NCBI GenBank assembly: GCA_048940445.1 | Contig: JBHLON010000066.1 | Location: 1-12,368, forward strand | Direction: 5' to 3' | Source of the DNA: Promethearchaeota archaeon | Lineage (GTDB): Archaea; Asgardarchaeota; Lokiarchaeia; Sigyniarchaeales; SOKP01 | Length of the DNA: 12,368 nucleotides | In this document: piece after piece, positions 7,901 to 12,368 of the stretch | Layout: each line of letters begins with the position of its first letter | How positions within the stretch are numbered: position 1 is the stretch's first letter | The notes under the pieces: generated by a model | What the model was told of the DNA's origin: nothing | Databases searched by the model: none | The model's input: only the letters and a program-made list of their open reading frames with translations | Program-made: the position numbers and the translations under genes

Positions 7901-8680
7901 ATAATTAAGGGGAGAGATATCAAATCAGCTAAATCTAGTTTTTATGAAAACCTAAGTAGATTAGAAAAATACAAATCTCCAATTGAAGATTTGGCAGAAC
8001 TAAAGCTTATAAAAGAATTATTCTTTGCGATGGAAAATGATTTGAAGGAAATTACAAAAATAATTTTAACTACTCTTATTCATAAGTTAGCATTATTTGA
8101 TCAAGAAAGCGATTATATTAGTAGCTTGCTTCCAGAAGAAGTTGCTCCACAACAAGAAATAGCAATTTCAAGAGAAGAATTAGGAAAGAAAACTATTGAT
8201 TTACTTCAACGCGAACAAAATTTAGCTAACTTAAAGCAAAACTTGCCAGATATCAGAAGAGAGAAAGAAGATGTTCTGAAGATACGTACTGCTCTGAGGA
8301 GATATTATTATAAAGATATCATCTCTGCCTTAGAAGATGATAATTTGAAACTTGCTGGAGATTTGTATTATGATCTTGCTAAATCTGCCTCTGAAAAGAA
8401 CGACTATACTACAACTTCGTTGTTGATACTATTACATGGATTAGCTTTAATAAAAAATAAGGACCCAATAACTAATATAAAATCAAGTATCGATAAATTT
8501 CTGAACTCTCTGGGATTAAATAAAAGAGCAGTAGAAAAAACTTTTTATATTAAATGCATAAATTTCATTCTAGATGTTGTGATAAATAAGCTTGATAAAT
8601 ATATAGCTCCTATAAATGAAATGTTACAAGTTTTACCTTTATTCGAGGAAGAAAACAAATTAAAACAAATAGAACTTTAA
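4967..8680 (+). CDS. Large scaffold-like protein: N-terminal degenerate small-GTPase-like domain + TPR/SNAP-like alpha-solenoid + three C-terminal helical repeats (1237 aa)
   Basis: Residues 1-158 follow the Ras/Rab strand pattern (YIFKILILG, YKEINVFEDVCDLEV, EVDGIIYFLN, NIPMVIIYYNSD) without GK[S/T], DxxG or NKxD. TPR-like helices follow, for example EGNKLFNKRNFEAAAKQY and ALKFLDSKDYEKAIEKYEESI. Three repeats end in LPLFKEE, LALFDQE and LPLFEEE. No obvious transmembrane segment. Confidence 0.85.
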   Translation: MRYIFKILILGNVEYIPYFLTNAFSENGEEKDSILLWYKEINVFEDVCDLEVDAISDMINTNFDEILPEVDGIIYFLNPQNKEELEYFDLILPIIDSVKRNIPMVIIYYNSDGIIPISSNELLENLWIKYPQLEAFVNVSPREFYQPLQCLGLAMITGDTPLNIENAWMRFPIFILLANLYFERQQYFYAAQAIRKAAMIADIFNKTEFYIISEQAALLYSKVNLYLEASKILQSIDKRKSENFKKLYGESIILEGNKLFNKRNFEAAAKQYLVAAQWATIELRDIELRNETFKLAINSWISACKVENSFKILNSLPHSIVLTILNEIDDKIIAAANFLVRNENLNRAIDQIYRAITVYQREGLFDLLEKFTYKQVDILIKLLELQIKERDNYSAKSTYDEIENLWESYGVKKTNLDKLLEELIELFLNELNFGIATDLMNKLNSLAGKKKLTKIREKIEEEAKESRKKEFQENLDKGLTVIKEFLEEELKIITNLNEQIIKEANILVESNEFIKAAERIKNQANFLRNIGKEGIQEELLEKSLDILLVGKSMTQFFIIFTELSETTKERYLIESFQVISKMLKEMRNKKDFHELERIYGNLIKIYRDQELYELAQTITEEYIEVIKSYAIQILETEKSARGIERVLNLVNRILEISHAYLEDKKINLNDIYKIIAEIYIELGNLSEAHAINDLIDNKSINAEINREIERIESQRSAIEIKEAEEAHRRETLPERLSHIQMIARGEFISHYNQLRQRRAYRRAYFDAALKFLDSKDYEKAIEKYEESIHQLIKIKQYNLAGISLAVMAVIRLKQEKFNLVEPLLKKIKDTYPKLVRLLSETFSVILIEYLIDLNKIKKIFLMDYVNFFEILPLFKEEEIFIEKDKSKELREEIPISSIEMDNLKEKIVNLADKIQLEKSDIAKRKLMRDQYWRYALEDLSNKRYYVAAIDDYLNVIPQLMEKKFYKQTAVSLIIGCLLIIKGRDIKSAKSSFYENLSRLEKYKSPIEDLAELKLIKELFFAMENDLKEITKIILTTLIHKLALFDQESDYISSLLPEEVAPQQEIAISREELGKKTIDLLQREQNLANLKQNLPDIRREKEDVLKIRTALRRYYYKDIISALEDDNLKLAGDLYYDLAKSASEKNDYTTTSLLILLHGLALIKNKDPITNIKSSIDKFLNSLGLNKRAVEKTFYIKCINFILDVVINKLDKYIAPINEMLQVLPLFEEENKLKQIEL
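7226..8650 (+). repeat. Three protein-level repeats (periods 167 and 183 aa) in the 1237-aa protein
   Basis: The repeats start LRQRRAYRRAYF (aa 754), IAKRKLMRDQYW (aa 921) and LKIRTALRRYYY (aa 1104). Their LxLF end motifs start at aa 871, 1041 and 1223. Confidence 0.85.
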
Positions 8681-8687
8681 CCTTTTA

Positions 8688-9596
8688 TTAAATATCAGCA
8701 TATTTCATTAGATCCTTAACTCTCATTCGGAGAGTTACTTCAGTTACACGAGCTAATTTACTTATTTCTTTTTGAGTTCTATTTTCATTACAAACTTTTG
8801 ATCCAATATAAATTGCCGCTGCTGCAATACCTTTAGGATCTTTACCAGCTGAATTGAATCCGTGATCCTTCGCATTTTCAATAATTTTTACTGCTACGTT
8901 CCTACATTGCATCGATAGTTTTAATTCATCATTAAATTTATCAACATACCTGTCTGGTGTGAAATGTTGGACTTTCAAATTTAATTTGGGCAAAACCTCC
9001 ATCAGAATCAACCTATAACTCTTTATTACTTTCTTTTTGGGTATCTGAGCTACCTTTGTTATTTCCTCTACGGTTCTGGGAATACCATGAACACGTAAGG
9101 CACAAAAGATTGAAGCAGAAAGCAAAGTATCAATACTTCGCCCCATTGTTAATTTCTTTTTTACAGTTTGCGTATAAATCCGTAAGGCATCTTCAGCTAC
9201 AGTATCAGGGATTCCTAACCTTTTTTGTAAGCGTTGTAAATTGGGTAAAGCAATCCATAGATTTCGCTCATAACTCGTTGTCAAGGATCTATGAATTTTT
9301 GCTAATCTATTAAACTTAGATTTATACTTTGGACTGAGTAATGTTCCTCTCGCATCACGGCTTCCTCGAATAATTGTTCTGGGTCCGATAGGACTATAAA
9401 CACGTTCATTGCTTTTTCTTTTCTGAATTTCCTCTTGAGTAAATGCTCTCCTTGGGGAATCATCCAGAATTCTGCTATATACATAACCGCAGTTTAAACA
9501 AACATTAAAGCCATCTTCCTCACTGATTTTTGGAGAATCACAGCACTGTTTAACATCTTCTTCAAAAAAGTTATCTTCTTCAAAATTTGATGGCAT
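8688..9596 (-). CDS. tfb: Transcription initiation factor IIB (archaeal TFB), probably an alternative paralogue
   Basis: 302 aa with an N-terminal Zn ribbon (CC...DGFNVCLNCG), a B-linker, and two cyclin-fold repeats carrying GRSIDTLLSASIFCALRVHGIPRTVEEI and GKDPKGIAAAAIYIG...RTQKEISKLARVTEVTLRMRVKDL. Confidence 0.95.
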   Translation of the reverse strand: MPSNFEEDNFFEEDVKQCCDSPKISEEDGFNVCLNCGYVYSRILDDSPRRAFTQEEIQKRKSNERVYSPIGPRTIIRGSRDARGTLLSPKYKSKFNRLAKIHRSLTTSYERNLWIALPNLQRLQKRLGIPDTVAEDALRIYTQTVKKKLTMGRSIDTLLSASIFCALRVHGIPRTVEEITKVAQIPKKKVIKSYRLILMEVLPKLNLKVQHFTPDRYVDKFNDELKLSMQCRNVAVKIIENAKDHGFNSAGKDPKGIAAAAIYIGSKVCNENRTQKEISKLARVTEVTLRMRVKDLMKYADI

Positions 9597-9803
9597 AAAT
9601 ATTGAATTAATTGGAGCTTTTATTGGAATTTTTTATTTTGTGTATAGTATTTAAAATAAATCAGATATTTAAATTTTAATAAAATTAAATCGGTAGTGAA
9701 AATTTAAATCTTAAATTATTTAACTATTATCATAAAACGTAAATAAATAATAATAAAAACTTATCAAAACTACTTATATTTAAAATTAAGAGCAAAAAAG
9801 GCA
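9597..9803. promoter_or_regulatory. Divergent promoter region between tfb and the GTPase gene, with a candidate BRE/TATA at about 9765-9784 (+)
   Basis: A 207-bp AT-rich gap. In caaaactacTTATATttaaa, the TTATAT at 9774-9779 lies 25-30 nt upstream of the ATG at 9804. Confidence 0.45.
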
Positions 9804-11030
9804 ATGTTAACAGATATTTCAAATATAATTAATATCTTTTCGAAATTCTTGGATGCGAAAGAATCTAAAATAAATAAATTAAACACTTTGGATGAAATAA
9901 AAGAATTACCTATCCATTCTTTTAAATTCTTTAATAAAGAGATCGCTAAGTTATTAAAAGAAATTTTAGATGTTTCAAATATAGAACACCTATCAAAAAT
10001 TAACAGAGAAGACCCATTTGAAACTATAAGAAAGAAACATGTTGGAGAACAATTAGAGATTAACAAGAAAATTGAAAATTTAAAACAGGATTATCCAGAA
10101 TTAGAAAAAAATTTAAAGAAAGCAATTACAATAAGCTCTATAGTAATCAATGCTAAAGATCAAGATGAAATTTTTGAAAAACATGCTCAGAAAATTATGA
10201 TTATTGGTCTGGATAATGCAGGTAAAACAGCTATTTTATCAAAATATGGAGGAAGATTAGGGATAGACGAATTGGTAAACTTAAAACCAACTAAAGGTGT
10301 ACACCGCGAATTAATCAAAACTACAGATTCTGAACTAGACGTTTTTGTATGGGATATGGGTGGCCAAAAACTATATCGAAATAAATATTTAAAGCACCCA
10401 GAGTATTATTTTCTTCAAATAGATTTATTAATTTATGTTATTGATGTTCAAGATTCAGAGAGGTTTGCAGAATCATTTGAATATTTCGAAGAAATATTAC
10501 AAATTCTTATAACTTTGGAAGAAAATCCATTTATTGTAATTTATATTCATAAAGTAGATCCAGATATTAAAAGTGAGCCTGAGATCCTTTTAAGTATAGA
10601 ACTATTGAAAGATAACATTAATACTATAATGAATCAGTATGGTTTTGATTATGAAGCTTATCTTACTTCAATTTACTCGTTAATTTCAAATGAACCTAAA
10701 TTTTCAAAATATATCAAAGAAGTGATGAAAACCACTGATTCATTGACCAATCCAACATTAAGGAAAGTAGAAGGTCTGGGTAAAACCTTGGAAGAAACGA
10801 TGAATGCTGTAATCCGTCTCTCAGAAAGTATATCAAAGCAGTTAAGTGATCTTGACAGTAGATTAAAAGCAATAGAGAGTGGAGCGTTTCAAGTGGCACA
10901 AAGTGGGATCCCAATTAGTATTGCTAATCCCAATCAAGCACAAGCACGAGTTAATCCAGCAGATTCTCGACTGAAGGTTCTTGACGAATTGAAACAACTT
11001 TTTGATAAGAAAAAAAGACTTAATTTATAG
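9804..11030 (+). CDS. Arf/Rag-like small GTPase with N-terminal helical extension and C-terminal coiled coil (408 aa)
   Basis: All G motifs are intact: G1 GLDNAGKT (aa 135-142), G2 PTKG, G3 WDMGGQ (183-188), G4 HKVD (249-252), G5 TSI (288-290). A heptad-like segment LRKVEGL...LSDLDSRLKAIESG follows, then the terminal helix SRLKVLDELKQLFDKKK. Confidence 0.92.
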   Translation: MLTDISNIINIFSKFLDAKESKINKLNTLDEIKELPIHSFKFFNKEIAKLLKEILDVSNIEHLSKINREDPFETIRKKHVGEQLEINKKIENLKQDYPELEKNLKKAITISSIVINAKDQDEIFEKHAQKIMIIGLDNAGKTAILSKYGGRLGIDELVNLKPTKGVHRELIKTTDSELDVFVWDMGGQKLYRNKYLKHPEYYFLQIDLLIYVIDVQDSERFAESFEYFEEILQILITLEENPFIVIYIHKVDPDIKSEPEILLSIELLKDNINTIMNQYGFDYEAYLTSIYSLISNEPKFSKYIKEVMKTTDSLTNPTLRKVEGLGKTLEETMNAVIRLSESISKQLSDLDSRLKAIESGAFQVAQSGIPISIANPNQAQARVNPADSRLKVLDELKQLFDKKKRLNL

Positions 11031-11036
11031 GTTTGT

Positions 11037-11744
11037 TTACCTTCTTAAAAATTGTCTTAAAATTTTGTGTAGTGCAATAAGAACTATTATACTAAATATA
11101 CCTATACACAAAATAATATACCAAATGTTTCCAAATAACCATGAATTAAACCTATAATATTGAATCTGGAATGGTATGAATGATTCCAAAAACATAATTA
11201 AATCATAAAAGAATGGGGACAACAGAAATATTGATAACGAAAAGCCGATTAATCCAATTAAAAATCCAAAAATTACATCACTCGGGTAGTGAACTCCTAG
11301 TTGGATTCTTGAAAATGAGACAATTAGCGCAAATATAAGAAATATAATCATTATAAGTAATGAATTCAACAGATAACCAACCAATAAGCCTTGCGATGTA
11401 ATATTATAAGCATGCCACGATGGAAAACTTCTTGAAGTGGGCTTTCGTTCGAGAATATTAATATTTTCTAAGTTTTCAAATGGTCTAGATCGCCCAAATA
11501 GCCTTTTGATTGGCGCGATTAATATGAGCCCAATGAGGAAAGTAATGCTTATATGAGCAAATACATAAGGATCATACCAAATAAATAGATAATATGCCAT
11601 TAATGTTAGCCAGATAGTTTCTCTTCCAAAAAAAGAAAGAATTTTTAAAATATATGTGACAGGTTTTCCTCCAATTCCATTATATCTTAAAAGGACCTTT
11701 TGATCCCACTTATATAAACGATTCAATATCTTTTTTGATTCCAT
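11037..11744 (-). CDS. PAP2-family membrane phosphatase (lipid/polyprenyl (pyro)phosphate phosphatase-like)
   Basis: C1 KRLFGRSRP (Kx6RP), C2 PSWH (canonical PSGH), C3 SRIQLGVHYPSD (SRx5Hx3D), plus multiple hydrophobic segments. Confidence 0.93.
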   Translation of the reverse strand: MESKKILNRLYKWDQKVLLRYNGIGGKPVTYILKILSFFGRETIWLTLMAYYLFIWYDPYVFAHISITFLIGLILIAPIKRLFGRSRPFENLENINILERKPTSRSFPSWHAYNITSQGLLVGYLLNSLLIMIIFLIFALIVSFSRIQLGVHYPSDVIFGFLIGLIGFSLSIFLLSPFFYDLIMFLESFIPFQIQYYRFNSWLFGNIWYIILCIGIFSIIVLIALHKILRQFLRR

Positions 11745-11762
11745 ATTTATAGCGAAAAATTC

Positions 11763-12368
11763 TTATAATCTCTGAATTGAATTAAACAAATCATAGGCTT
11801 TTTTTAGATTAGGAATTTGGTCTTTAAAATATTCTAATGAATGAGAATCTGAACCAACAAAAAAGGAAGCACCTTCTTCTAAAAGTCTTAATGCTACACT
11901 TTTAGATGGAAAGGATCTCCCAATTGGAAATCTCTTACCTGACAGATTATATTCGATCTGTATCTTATTCTTTATGCAGGAACGCCCTAATTCTACAATT
12001 CTTTCATCTGATATATCGCAATCATTTGTAGGTTTTATATCGTTCTCATTAATGTAACGAAATATCGTATCTATATGACATACATTTTTAAAGATTTTGG
12101 AATCAACCATATCATTGAAAACTTCGAAATAATCATTGATGATTTGTTTTATTGATAACTTTTTGGTTAATTCTTCTAATCTCTCTCTATTTGTTATAGG
12201 ATAATGAATAATCCATTCATGAATGGACCCCCCAATGAAATCCAATTCCTTCCCATAATCATCCATAAATTCCATTAATGCAATTTCTTTGTCTCTATAA
12301 TATTCAATTTCAAGCCCTCCAAGAATAAAATCAAATGATTCTTTGAGTTGATCAATCTCTTCCAGATA
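11763..12368 (-). CDS. PHP-family phosphoesterase (histidinol-phosphatase HisJ/HisK-like), 5' end outside the window
   Basis: The frame stays open upstream of the track's Met at 12275 to the window edge (YLEEIDQLKESFDFILGGLEIEYYRDKEIAL-MEF...). PHP motifs are GLEIEY, DFIGGSIH, HID, IEYNLSG and GSDSH. Confidence 0.88.
   Translation of the reverse strand, partial: YLEEIDQLKESFDFILGGLEIEYYRDKEIALMEFMDDYGKELDFIGGSIHEWIIHYPITNRERLEELTKKLSIKQIINDYFEVFNDMVDSKIFKNVCHIDTIFRYINENDIKPTNDCDISDERIVELGRSCIKNKIQIEYNLSGKRFPIGRSFPSKSVALRLLEEGASFFVGSDSHSLEYFKDQIPNLKKAYDLFNSIQRL

Noticed and set aside
4967-8680. Calling the 1237-aa protein alpha-SNAP, clathrin, an SMC protein or an active Rab
   Set aside because: It has no Walker A/B or intact G motifs, and the helical-repeat resemblance is too generic to assign orthology without profile or structure searches.
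9056-9313. 85-aa plus-strand ORF
   Set aside because: Lies entirely antisense within tfb.
9302-9484. 60-aa minus-strand ORF
   Set aside because: Alternative frame inside tfb. The tfb frame is intact, so no frameshift is needed to explain it.
9664-9691. Imperfect AT palindrome between tfb and the GTPase gene
   Set aside because: Nearly all A/T and contains an indel, so it cannot be told apart from background.
9770-10066. 98-aa minus-strand ORF
   Set aside because: Antisense to the 5' part of the GTPase gene, with no motif.
10714-10914. 66-aa minus-strand ORF
   Set aside because: Antisense within the GTPase gene.
12273-12275. Track start codon for the PHP protein
   Set aside because: The frame is open to the window edge and the conserved GLEIEY motif lies upstream, so this Met is internal.
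1-12368. tRNA, rRNA, CRISPR, transposase, integrase or defence-system genes
   Set aside because: I saw no GC-rich structured segments, repeat-spacer arrays or relevant protein motifs. All intergenic gaps are about 200 bp or shorter and AT-rich.

Overview
This is an AT-rich, gene-dense archaeal window that looks like Asgard archaea (Lokiarchaeia-type). The lineage is inferred from an archaeal TFB next to eukaryote-like small-GTPase proteins, not from a database search. There are nine supportable CDSs, and two run off the window edges. (1) A zinc-ribbon/polytopic membrane protein on the minus strand (<1..1577), which the ORF track missed. (2) An apparent three-way fusion of an ECF S-component-like domain, a DUF2085-like membrane domain and an alpha/beta hydrolase. 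(3,4) A tandem pair of about 220-aa alpha-helical paralogues of unknown function. (5) A 1237-aa protein with an N-terminal degenerate small-GTPase fold, a TPR/SNAP-like alpha-solenoid and three C-terminal repeats of about 170-180 aa. (6) A TFB with an atypical Zn ribbon and B-reader. (7) An Arf/Rag-like GTPase with N- and C-terminal extensions. (8) A PAP2 phosphatase. (9) A PHP-family phosphatase. I saw no RNA genes, CRISPR arrays or mobile elements. The best candidates for undescribed biology are the pseudo-GTPase/solenoid scaffold, possibly acting with the nearby intact GTPase, and the cluster formed by the paralogue pair and the S-component/hydrolase fusion.
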